Part shown: one piece after another, positions 31,207-44,644 of the stretch
Layout: each line of letters starts with the position of its first letter
Numbering within the stretch: position 1 is the stretch's first letter
Position numbers and translations under genes: made by a program
Assembly (NCBI GenBank): GCA_963713605.1
Contig: CAVQMO010000010.1
Location: 704,001 to 768,000, forward strand
Reading direction: 5' to 3'
DNA from: an uncultured Nitrososphaerales archaeon
Lineage (GTDB): Archaea > Thermoproteota > Nitrososphaeria > Nitrososphaerales > Nitrososphaeraceae
Length of the DNA: 64,000 nt
The notes under the pieces: model-generated
Databases searched by the model: none
Seen by the model: only the letters and a program-made list of their open reading frames with translations
Told to the model about the DNA's origin: nothing

Positions 31207-31506
31207 ATGACATTACCAAAGGGATTCGGACCTGGTGGAAGACGAGTTGAAGGTGGCGGTAGTAGGGACGACATAGAAAAGATGATTGGGCGCAGAGTCG
31301 AAAATATGAAAGGTATCTTAGTTCTAGGCCTTGCATTGTGCTGGGCTGCAACAGCTGGTGGTGTTTACGTAGGCGTAACTGTTTATCCTTGGGCCTATCC
31401 CTTGCCAAGTGGAATATATGCCCTATCTGTGCTTACTGTTATCGAAGCTCTAGGCTTCTTCTGGATGTGGAAGATCTCAACAGAAAAACCTCTACGTCCG
31501 TACTGA
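31207..31506 (+). CDS. amoX: Ammonia monooxygenase subunit X
   Basis: MIGRRVENM, YPWAYP and two TM helices; immediately upstream of amoA. Confidence 0.9.
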   Translation: MTLPKGFGPGGRRVEGGGSRDDIEKMIGRRVENMKGILVLGLALCWAATAGGVYVGVTVYPWAYPLPSGIYALSVLTVIEALGFFWMWKISTEKPLRPY

Positions 31507-31622
31507 TTTATCTTCTATATTTTTTAGCAACAAATTGCGTGTTGCAATCTAACTTTATTTATCTCAAAATAATTTTTGTGAGTAGATAAATTTTATATAT
31601 AACCTCTAGGAGAAAGTTGTTA

Positions 31623-32273
31623 ATGGTCTGGCTAAGACGTACAACGCATTATCTGTTCATAGTTGTCGTAGCTGTTAACAGCACGCTGCTGACTATTAAT
31701 GCAGGAGACTACATATTCTACACTGATTGGGCTTGGACTTCATTCGTCGTGTTCTCCATAGCGCAATCAACGATGCTTGTTGTAGGTGCCATCTATTACA
31801 TGTTGTTTACGGGAGTGCCAGGGACTGCGACCTACTACGCCACTATAATGACGATTTATACTTGGGTTGCGAAAGGGGCTTGGTTTGCTCTTGGATATCC
31901 ATACGACTTCGTTACGGTACCGGTGTGGATACCATCTGCAATGTTGCTGGACCTGTCTTACTGGGCAACAAGAAGGAACAAACACGCGGCGATACTAATA
32001 GGGGGAACATTGGTTGGACTTTCAATACCAATGTTTAACATGATCAACCTATTGACCATACGCGATCCGCTAGAAATGGCATTCAAGTATCCTAGGCCAA
32101 CACTGCCTCCATACATGACACCAATCGAACCACAGGTCGGTAAATTCTATAATAGTCCAGTGGCCTTAGGAGCTGGCGCGGGAGCCGTGCTATCTGTGCC
32201 AATAGCGGCTTTGGGTGCAAAACTCAATACGTGGACTTACAGATGGATGGCCGCTTGGAGTAAGTGGGACTAA
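31623..32273 (+). CDS. amoA: Archaeal ammonia monooxygenase subunit A
   Basis: MVWLRRTTHYLFIVVVAVNSTLLTINAGDYIFYTDWAW...WTYRWMAAWSKWD. Confidence 0.99.
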   Translation: MVWLRRTTHYLFIVVVAVNSTLLTINAGDYIFYTDWAWTSFVVFSIAQSTMLVVGAIYYMLFTGVPGTATYYATIMTIYTWVAKGAWFALGYPYDFVTVPVWIPSAMLLDLSYWATRRNKHAAILIGGTLVGLSIPMFNMINLLTIRDPLEMAFKYPRPTLPPYMTPIEPQVGKFYNSPVALGAGAGAVLSVPIAALGAKLNTWTYRWMAAWSKWD

Positions 32274-32469
32274 GCCAAATTCAGCCAATCCTTTTATTTT
32301 TTCTTTTTCGTTTAAGTAAGATTCACTTATTTTCTCAAATTGCTTCGAACATTCGTAGTTAGTTATAGTCACAATCCAATGCGTGTTGATCAGAAATGGG
32401 TGAAATTAGGAATCAGGCACCGTGCTTAAATTACAATTAGAAAAGAAATGGGGGCTATATGGATAGCTA

Positions 32470-35429
<2,960 letters not shown>

Positions 35430-35488
35430 TATTATTGCTTCTAATTTGCCAGCTTTTATTAGTTTACAATTTTATTTCGTATCAAAAT

Positions 35489-35632
35489 TCATCCGCCACC
35501 AGTCGCAGCATCATAAAGGCAACATTCACATTTATCCCGTTCACCACAATATGGACAAACACACAAGCATGCTTCAATAGCATTACCGCAAATGTCGCAT
35601 GGTGGAGGATCCACCTTGGTCTCATCAACCAT
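35489..35632 (-). CDS. 47-aa cysteine-rich microprotein (9 Cys)
   Basis: MVDETKVDPPPCDICGNAIEACLCVCPYCGERDKCECCLYDAATGGG; TATA-like element upstream; missed by the ORF track. Confidence 0.75.
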   Translation of the reverse strand: MVDETKVDPPPCDICGNAIEACLCVCPYCGERDKCECCLYDAATGGG

Positions 35633-35764
35633 CTCTTAAAATATTCAGTTTGTGACTTATTATACTTTTAATAACAATTCGAATATTGTTCTAAAAGGGC
35701 AATCAATCTCCAATCGATACTCGACACTAATCTCTAAATAACTGTTTGAGGTACACTTCTGTAA

Positions 35765-36737
35765 ATGACGATATCTCTTGTCCCATCCGAAATTGTTGAG
35801 CAGAGAAATATTCAAAGTCGTGGTACTGGTTCTCATTCGCCATTTACTACAGGGACAACCTTGGTCAAGAGAGGATTCGCGCACATGCAGAAACACGGAG
35901 TCATCATGGATGTAACCAATATTGAGCAAGCGCAAATTGCGGAAGAAGCAGGAGCAGTCGCCGTAATGGTGCTCGATAAACTCCCATTCGATGTCCGGTT
36001 GGCTGGTGGTGTAGCAAGGACTGCTAGTGTGAAGGTTGTCCAAGAGATAATGGACGCAGTTACAATCCCTATCATGGCCAAGTGTAGGATTGGTCATCTT
36101 GGAGAGGCTCAAATTTTAGAAGAGATAGGTGTTGATATGATTGACGAAAGCGAAGTACTTACCCCAGCTGATGAAGAAAACCATCTTTGGAAATGGAATT
36201 TCAAAATACCATTTGTAAATGGCGCCAAGAATCTCGGTGAAGCCCTTCGCAGAATAGAAGAGGGATGTTCTATGATAAGAACCAAAGGTGAACCTGGGAC
36301 CGGCAATGTAGCCGAAGCAGTGTCACATATTAAAGCAGTCAACAATGATATACGAAGGCTTAATTCGATACTAGATGATCCGCAGGAACTCATAAAGGCG
36401 TCTAGACATTTACAATCGGCTCTACCTTTAGTTGAAGAGACAGCTGAGGCTAGGAAAGTTACCCGTTGTAAATTTTGCGGCAGGAGGAATATCCACACCA
36501 GCTGACGCCGCACTTCTGATGAGTCTTGGCTGTGACGGCGTGTTTGTGGGTTCTGGAATTTTCAAGTCAGACGATGCCTCACAACGAGCTCAGGCGATAG
36601 TCCTCGCTACCACATACTTTGATGACCCTGCCACCGTGCTTGAATCACAGAGAATGGTTGACGAAAAGAAGTCTATGTTGGGGCTTGATACGCAAAACTT
36701 AGCTTTGAGGATGCAGGAAAGAGGACCATCCGTATGA
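35765..36737 (+). CDS. pdxS: Pyridoxal 5'-phosphate synthase lyase subunit (indel at about 36452)
   Basis: [44 protein letters not shown] and VFVGSGIFK. Confidence 0.95.
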
Positions 36738-37408
36738 GTCGAGATGGGCTTATCATAGGAGTACGAGGAATTCAAGGAGATGTCGAAGAGAACGTTTCCC
36801 AGACTAGGAACGCTTTTAGTTATCTTGGAAAGAAGGGTAACGTGAGAATTGTTCGACACTCTAAAGACATTTCTGGAATTAGTGGTTTAATTTTACCTGG
36901 TGGAGAAAGCACTGTAGTCAGCAACTTCGTCACCGTTAATGGGGAACTTTTTCGTAAGATTGCCAATGTGGTATCCAGAGGGATGCCAGTATTGGGAACT
37001 TGTGCAGGTATGATTATCCTATCCACCAGAGCTCATGACAGGATAATTGGACAAACTAAACAAAAGTTACTATCTTTGTTGAACATAGTAGTAGAAAGAA
37101 ACGCATTCGGAAGACAAAGGGATTCCTTTGAGGCAGATATGGAAATCCCTATGATGGGAAAAAGGCCTTTCAAAGGCATATTTATACGAGCTCCAATTGT
37201 CTCGAAGGCAGAGGAGGGCGTTCAAGTTATTGCAAAGCTAGAGGACAAGGTTGTAGCGGTAAAGCAAGACAATATAGTTGCCACAGCTTTTCATCCTGAA
37301 CTTGGCTCTGACAATAGATTTCACCTACACTTAATCAAGTCTGCTACCGAATTCAGGGATCACACCAATTTGATGCGGGGGGTGGGATTCGAACCCACGA
37401 ACCCCTGA
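36734..37408 (+). CDS. pdxT: PLP synthase glutaminase subunit
   Basis: QGDVEE, PGGEST, GTCAGMI, RNAFGRQ and FHPEL; 3' end overlaps tRNA-Leu on the opposite strand. Confidence 0.93.
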   Translation: MSRDGLIIGVRGIQGDVEENVSQTRNAFSYLGKKGNVRIVRHSKDISGISGLILPGGESTVVSNFVTVNGELFRKIANVVSRGMPVLGTCAGMIILSTRAHDRIIGQTKQKLLSLLNIVVERNAFGRQRDSFEADMEIPMMGKRPFKGIFIRAPIVSKAEEGVQVIAKLEDKVVAVKQDNIVATAFHPELGSDNRFHLHLIKSATEFRDHTNLMRGVGFEPTNP

Positions 37409-37493
37409 GAGACGGGATCACCTATAACTGTGATCTTAAGTCCCGCGTCTCCAAGCATACGATTACAATTTGGCCAGGCTCTACAACCCCCGC
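37374..37493 (-). tRNA. tRNA-Leu(UAA) with two introns (23/24: 37449-37467; 37/38: 37419-37434)
   Basis: Removing both introns gives an 85-nt cloverleaf GCGGGGG...CGGGA CT TAA GA TCCCG...GTGGGTTCGAATCCCAC CCCCCGCA; both junctions form bulge-helix-bulge-type motifs. Confidence 0.9.
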
Positions 37494-37538
37494 TGTTGCT
37501 TCATTGGACGAATCGATTAGTCCTTACTTAAATCTTAC

Positions 37539-37582
37539 AGGAGGGGACAGCGTGTAGGAGGGACAGCGTGTAGGAGGGGACA
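37539..37582. repeat. 16-17-bp G-rich tandem repeat (AGGAGGG[G]ACAGCGTGT) x about 2.7
   Basis: Read directly between the divergent tRNA genes. Confidence 0.85.
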
Positions 37583-37810
37583 ACCGAATAATCGAGGTTT
37601 GTTTTCCAGATCCTCAAGAATTCTCTGCCGTCAGACCCATTTCATGGAAATCGAGAATCAAACTAAAAAACATTAAGATACTAAAAAGATTTAGATTTTA
37701 GTGGGCTGGACCTTCAGGTGAAAAAGCGGGCCTGCATAAAAAGAGTGCAGTTAAGCTTATGTAGGTGGCCGTAGCGAATGTAACTTCCTGCCTTGTAGGG
37801 TGTTGTTAGT

Positions 37811-37884
37811 GCCTTGATAGCTCAGCCTGGTAGAGCGTTGCCTTGGTAAGGCAAAGGTCCGGGGTCCAAATCCCCGTCAAGGCT
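37811..37884 (+). tRNA. tRNA-Thr(GGU)
   Basis: GCCTTGA/TCAAGGC acceptor stem, TTGCC-TTGGTAA-GGCAA anticodon arm, T-loop TCCAAAT. Confidence 0.95.
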
Positions 37885-38166
37885 TACCTTCATTCCCAAA
37901 ATGTTCAGAAAGAATTGGCTTATGATGTGTTTACTCGGCATTCAAATGACGTTTAAGGCCGTCCGTTCAAAATGAGAATTAGCTTCTGAACTAAATATTT
38001 GGCAGTTTCAAGTCAAGAGAAGATCCGTATATATCAATTAGTAGATGTTGCTGAGCCAATTCAAATACCAATAATACCTGATTCATATTTGAGAGAAATC
38101 GGAAACGGTGGTGCATGAATGCAGGAATATTAGAAAAAATAGTCTATTAACCCATTTTCATTACCA

Positions 38167-38418
38167 TCATACTGCTTCTGAGAATACTTGCTCTACTGTT
38201 TGTGACACTGCATCCTAATCTCCTTGAATGAAATGCAGCCAAAATTCTTTGGCAAGAATCCATTGGTCACAGTCATTTGCTTGTGAAAATTGAATGGCTC
38301 TTCGAACTCTCTGTGTCTGTGTCAGCTTGCAAATGCGCTTTCAGTTGTTGCGGTGGATGTTGCTCCAATGAACATGTTTGCCATCGCCGCCATTAAGACC
38401 AAATATTTGGTATTTATT
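38167..38418 (-). pseudogene. Decayed gene for a small secreted Cys-pair protein (SQANxC.NG..P.N.GC...IQGD type)
   Basis: Signal-peptide-like NTKYLVLMAAMANMFIGATSTATTESAFA, then SQANDC / NGFLPKNFGC / IQGD*DAVSQTVEQVF in different frames with in-frame stops. Confidence 0.55.
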
Positions 38419-39381
38419 CTGTACCGAGAAGAATGGTTCGTTTATTTGCATTAAGCAAATTCAGATACGGGTCATAATTCTAAATTATATTAGACTCCGA
38501 ATAATGAAAATCATCTATATTCCAGAACGGTTATTCCTGAGGTAAACCCGCTTGCTTTCGAAGATAATCCAGTAATTCTTTGTTGTCATCGTGATGTTCT
38601 ATCCGTAAATAATGTTTCATTCCATTCAGTAAATCATTACTTTTAGAATGTTGAACCGAATTGTCTTGCTGTTGGCTTTTATCATGTCGTGAAGTGTTGC
38701 ATTGATCACTATATAGACTACAATGCACGTAATTTGTGAGCTATTATAAGGATATTTATTACTAGATTTGGCTAAAATATTTTCGACCTATTTTACCGTT
38801 TTTGATCTATATATACTACTCGTATACATATCAATATGAATATACCCGCCGCTCGGCTTGCTACTCAAAGGAATCTAAACTTTAGTACTATTTGCTATTC
38901 TTAGGACTATACGACTATTCAATCTTGCGTCGTTATATGATATTCATTTCATAATCATCTTTAAGAATATCTTTGCCTTCTATCAATGGATTTTTAGAAT
39001 CCATCTACCTTATTTATGGTAGCTCATAATAACTCCAATCATCGATTCTTGCGATTTTTTTTGCCGATCGTTATAAACGGGCGCAACTGGCCAATAAATC
39101 AATGCTCAATTTTAGGCTTAGGATTTCTAATTGCCTCGACAGGATCCGTGACCCTGCGTCGAGCACATGAACGTTCGTCATTTACTTAGCCCTGTCATAT
39201 TACGATCAGGGATGATCCTATTGAACCCATCTGCAAATGTCATGCTTGGTTAGTCACACCCACTCCTGTAAAAGCCCTATTTAAATTCATGAGATGAATA
39301 TTCGTTAAATTATTAACATATGCAGGAAGGCCTACATTATGCTCGTTACCACTTGTGATGATAAAGACAGAAATTTAAGGG

Positions 39382-39633
39382 CTAGCCACTAGGTATTTTC
39401 TTTACGATCATGTTCTCATGTACTGTGATGACTGTTTCACGTTGTCGCAATTTGGCCTTATACTTCAAATTTCTGGGTTTAGTTCTTAACCTATATCCGC
39501 AGCATGGGCACCATAATCCTTCCCATTTCAAAAATATCTCACATATCTGGCATCTTTTTTGGCCATTAGCGTATCTTCCCATTCCCACTGGTTTCTGAGC
39601 TTTATGCCTAGAACATATTCCTTTACACGTCAT
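39382..39633 (-). CDS. Small basic Cys-rich (zinc-binding) protein
   Basis: MTCKGICSRHKA...RCQICEIF...CPCCGYRLRTKPR. Confidence 0.8.
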   Translation of the reverse strand: MTCKGICSRHKAQKPVGMGRYANGQKRCQICEIFLKWEGLWCPCCGYRLRTKPRNLKYKAKLRQRETVITVHENMIVKKIPSG

Positions 39634-40047
39634 ACATTTTAGCCTTGTCAATTCATGATAAAAAATACGCTTATTAATCTTTCTCAACATCAATGCATAA
39701 AATCATAATCAAATGTTTTCTAATTTAGAGGAACGTATGTAGTAAGTAACATATTTTGGAGAATGAGTATGCAGTTGCACGCTTGCCTGAAAACTACTAG
39801 AACCAAATCGCTATAAACGCCCTTTTGTCGTCAAAAAGTACCCTTACTAATGTCCGTGGTTTCGCATAATTTAGGGGGGGTCTTCTAGTACATGATTAAA
39901 GGAAGAAAGCAAGAATTTATCGATATGTGCAGGATCAATTTGGCGCAATTCTGGATGCCAAATAGAGCATAAATACAAGTCGTTTGCCTTCATATCATCG
40001 GGATATGATAAGATTGAAAGCTTCAAATGCTATACATCGAATCATGA

Positions 40048-42368
40048 TCATCTATTTCTAATTATGTTAAGTGCAGAACCCATCTTGAACCATTCTATTT
40101 GAGCCTCATTGTAAGAATGCTGAAGCCAGATTGTCTCTTCCCCTTGATTACCATGATGTAGTATACACTCTAGAGGTTTGCCGGGTTCTAATCGACTTAA
40201 CCCATGTATACTCACCCTATCATCTTCACGTACCTTTTCAAAGTCTGATTTGTTGGCAAAAGTAGTCTGCAAGGACACCCTGCTTCTTCAAGTTAGTTTC
40301 ATGAATTCTTGCAAAAGTTCGAGCGATTACCGCAACACAGCCTAAATACCTTGGAGACATGCGGCATGCTCTCTACTACTACCCTCTCCGTAGTTCATAT
40401 CACCTATTATGATCCATTTTATTCCCCTGTTCCTGTACGTTCTAGCAATTTCTGGAAAGGTAGCAATCTGATTGTTGGACACGTTCTTTCCAACGCCAAT
40501 TTTTCCATTAAAGGAATTCACTGCGCCTAGGAGCAGATTATCACTTATTTTATCAAGATGCCCTCGATACATGAGCCATGCTCCTGCAGGAGAGATATGA
40601 TCGGTAGTACATTTCCCGGCTACTTTGGCCAGTATTACAAGGTGTTCAAAATCCCTCCCATCCCAGGCTGGGAAGGGTTCAAGTAATTGGAGTCTATCAC
40701 TATCCTTTCTGATAACCACGCTGATGTTTTCCGGATCTCTAGACTGGTGCTACATATGTATCTGCCACGTCCGCGAATCCTAGATTGGGAATCTCTGGCG
40801 CAACCTTGGGAGGTTCAAGCTTAAACAAGCTTCCATCGCTAGCTACTAATTTATCATTGAGGGGATTAAATGATAACCTGCCACCCAGAGCTAACGCAAT
40901 GACCATCTCTGGACTGGTGATGAAATTCATAGTCTCACGTCTACCATCATTTCTACCTGGAAAGTTACGATTGTACGATGTGACGATAGAATTAGGCACG
41001 CCAGTTTTCAATTCCGATCTCTGCCATTGACCGATACATGGTCCACACGCATTAGCAAGGACATTAGCTCCAATTCTCTTAAGCAGATCCATCTGTCCGT
41101 CTCGTTCAATTGTTGATCTAATCATTTCAGAGCCAGGCGTGACCTGCAAAGGTATCTTTGATTTCAATCCGCGCGCATTGGCCTGTTCTGCAACATCGGC
41201 CGCGCGTGACATATCTTCATACGATGAATTGGTGCAACTACCTATTAATGCAACTGATATTTCGTCTACATATGCATTTCTTCTTACGTCAGAGGCCATG
41301 TTTGAGACGGGACGAGCAAGATCTGGTGTATGAGGACCTACAATATATGGTTCTAATTCGGAAAGGTTCAACTCTATTAATTGATCAAAGTACTTTGAGC
41401 TATTTTTTCGGTTTCGTAGTATATCCCTCTCTATTTCTGGATCTTGTTGTAGTATGCTAAAATGTTGGTTCGCGAGCTCAGCTATTTCACTCCTTCCTGT
41501 AGCTGCCAGATATTCACCCATCTTTCTGTCGTAAGGAAAAATTGAAGTTGTAGCACCAATCTCAGCTCCCATGTTAGTAATGGTTGCCTTACCTGTGGCA
41601 GCTGAGGGTCGTGCAACCTGGACCAAAATATTCAATTATCGCGTTCGTGCCCCCAGATACAGTCAAGATTGAGGCTACATGTAAGATAATATCTTTAGGA
41701 GATGTCCATCCACCAAGCGCTCCAGTGAGAAGTACTCCAATTCGCTTGGGGTACAACAATTCCCAAGGTAGTCCTGCCATTACTTCGGCCGCATCCAAAC
41801 CTCCAACACCTATAGCCAGCATACCAAGACCACCTGCATTAGGTGTGTGTGAGTCGGTACCAATCATTAGGCCACCAGGAAAGGCATAGTTCTCTAGGAC
41901 AACTTGATGAATAATACCTGCGCCAGGCTTCCAGAACCCTATTCCGTATTTTTTGCTTGCAGATTCTAAAAACTGGTAGACTTCACTATTTTCGTAAAGT
42001 GCTTCGCGTGTGTCTTGCTGACCTTCTGCCCTCGCCTGGATCAGGTGATCACAGTGCACGGTAGTGGGTACCTGCGTATGTTGCAACCCAGTCTGCATAA
42101 ATTGGAGCAGTGTCATTTGTCCAGTTACATCTTGGAGCGCTACCCTGTCCGGACTTAATGACACGTAACTCTTACCCCTCGCTAAATTATTTTCTAGATC
42201 GGGCATAACTTGATGATCCAAATGACCAACGAGTACTTTTTCACTCAAAGTAAGGGGTCTATTTGTTAATGTCTGAAATCTTGATATATTATTCTGAAAT
42301 CTCCAGTAAAACTCTGCAATAACACGGGACGTCGATTGTATGTCGATCGAATCATTTTGCTCGGTCAT
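40048..42368 (-). CDS. acnA: Aconitate hydratase (several indels)
   Basis: [49 protein letters not shown] and [12 protein letters not shown] over four ORFs. Confidence 0.93.
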
Positions 42369-42842
42369 ATACTATCTAAACATTTAGGCAATATATACAT
42401 GGTTTAGATTATCAAGGGATTCGCTGTATCCGTAAAACATGAAATTATTTTAACCAAATATTTCCTTTAGTGTGGCCAAATGTCATGATGCGAATGAAAA
42501 TTCTCTCTGTGAGGAGATTAGTATTGATCTGACCAACGTCGATTGTCAGCATATGTGCAAAGGGAATTGAGTACTACACATAACCATATGACAATCAATT
42601 GTTTAATGTGAATTCGTTAACATTGGCGATTTTTTTGAATGCAAGAACAATACTTTTTAATCGTTTTTGTTTAACCACGTGGAAATATATTCGCTCTTAT
42701 AACTTGTAGTGATATCGAAATGAAATATATCAGATGTAATACGTATTTAAAATGTAATGTAGTTAATTTTGTTGACGCAGGGTAATTGGTGACAGAAAAA
42801 TCAAGAGCGGTATAAACTACTCAGCGATAACTCTAAACAATA

Positions 42843-43169
42843 CTAGTTTTGAAGCTCATCGGCACCCTTCCGTACTACCTCTTCAAAATTAACTAATGGG
42901 ACTATTTTGGATGAATTAAACTTGGCAGAGCCTATATCAATTAAGAATTTCTCCAGTTGATGAGCGCTCTCTGCGTCGACGATCCAAATAAACGTGTGCT
43001 CCAATGCTGAGTGATATCTACCAATCATCTTGTTTATTCCATATTTAGATTGGTTATTTGTTGCATTTGCGCTCTTGTCTGCCATTTGGACCATAGTCCT
43101 AGCACTTGTTTTGTTGTTTAAAGGACACAGATCTACGGTGTGTGTGCCGAAAATTCCAAATAATGCCAT
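42843..43169 (-). CDS. Hypothetical protein (possible GYD/DUF3303-like fold)
   Basis: MALFGIFGTHTVDLCPLNN...LEHTFIWIVDAESAH; family assignment tentative. Confidence 0.7.
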   Translation of the reverse strand: MALFGIFGTHTVDLCPLNNKTSARTMVQMADKSANATNNQSKYGINKMIGRYHSALEHTFIWIVDAESAHQLEKFLIDIGSAKFNSSKIVPLVNFEEVVRKGADELQN

Positions 43170-43558
43170 GCAACTTGGTTTCATGAAAAGTATATAGCCT
43201 TTATGTTTTTTGGACTCTTCTTGGTTGTTCAATTTCGATAGACAGGCACAAATCCATTTACTCAGTTTTTCAAGTCTGAGTAGGGCCCATCATTGTAGGT
43301 CCCTACCTCGTTGGACGTCGAAGGAGGGCCTCTTGTTGCATCAAGTTTCATCCTTAAAGTAATGCTCTCAAAATACCCAATCTACAACAAGAATATTTAT
43401 CCACCTGGCTTCGGACTATTCATTATCCCTTCTAGGCATAGTAATAGTTGTTATTTTGATATTCTAATTGTCGGGTATTTTTGTGTCATGGTTTTCTTGA
43501 ACCTAGATATCTCGCTAAATAACGGTTGTCAAGAATTGATTCATGGCGAAAGGGTTAA

Positions 43559-43747
43559 TTGAGATCGATCCCTTTCAGGATGCTGCGAATGGTAAAGAGG
43601 AAGCAGGCCATAGGAATCTTGGGGATGGCCTTTGCGGTTGCAGGCGGAATTGCCTGGTTTTTCAGACAGACCTTTGTAGCAGTAATGCTATGGGGTGTTG
43701 CTGGGTTGATCCTACTTAAGTTGAACAAAAGAAAGAAGAACGTTTGA
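43559..43747 (+). CDS. Small two-TM membrane protein
   Basis: Two hydrophobic stretches flanked by basic residues; start may be 43589. Confidence 0.5.
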   Translation: MRSIPFRMLRMVKRKQAIGILGMAFAVAGGIAWFFRQTFVAVMLWGVAGLILLKLNKRKKNV

Positions 43748-44197
43748 CAAATAGTTATTCCTAGAACAGTAATCATAATTACTATATGATGAAACGTCTT
43801 ATGAAAAGGGAAACAAGTATAGTAAACTCAAGTGATATCTTCAAGTAATAATGATTACGATCTGAGGAAGCAAGATGGACCAAAATGCTACTGCATAGCA
43901 AAGGCTCTTTTATCACAGTAGGAAGTGAATGTCTCTTTCGTTTTAACCTTCTATGGTGAGTTCCTTATGACCCAAACATTGGTTAAGGAGGTTAGGAACC
44001 GAGAACCCAAAATAGCGCTACTATGACAAATAAAAAGAACAAATCAACATAAAGGTCATAGGCGAATATTTTTGCATAGACTTTTGTAAGATGCTTTTGG
44101 TATGATCTCGATAAGCATCAAAGATATGAGTTTCGAGTATTCTACATTAATCAGCACTTGATTCCACTAGAATAACAGCCCATCGAGCAACTACTAA

Positions 44198-44356
44198 CTA
44201 AATAGCTCCCGTTCTACCGCCTTCTGATGATCCCGCTGAACCAGCTGTTAATTTTCTCTCTTCAGCCTTACGTTTACCCCTTGAACCGAATAGTATTCCC
44301 GTCAGGACAGCGAACGCGCCAGCAGCGATGCCATACATAAATATTTCATCTGTCAT
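44198..44356 (-). CDS. 52-aa single-TM microprotein
   Basis: MTDEIFMYGIAAGAFAVLTGILFGSRGKRKAEERKLTAGSAGSSEGGRTGAI; below the ORF-track cutoff. Confidence 0.55.
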   Translation of the reverse strand: MTDEIFMYGIAAGAFAVLTGILFGSRGKRKAEERKLTAGSAGSSEGGRTGAI

Positions 44357-44644
44357 TTTTTCACTGTCGAATATGCCTAGTTGAAAATAAATCTATATCT
44401 TGATTCATTTCATGAAAAAGAATTAATGATAACTTAACAGAGAATAGATAATAACATAAGTTATACGATGCATGTTAATCAGAATTGCTAATTATTCTTC
44501 AATAATCGAGAAGCAATATGAAGTCATTTACACATGATACATACATATCGGTAAAGTTAGCAGAACACCGACGTGACAAGTATAAAAGTCGTTCACGCAT
44601 TATGATTTAATCCAAATGAACACTAGAGAGGGCTATTTCAGTTC

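Noticed and set aside
39134..39215. Two short GC-rich hairpins in intergenic DNA
   Set aside because: No box motifs or other support for a structured RNA.
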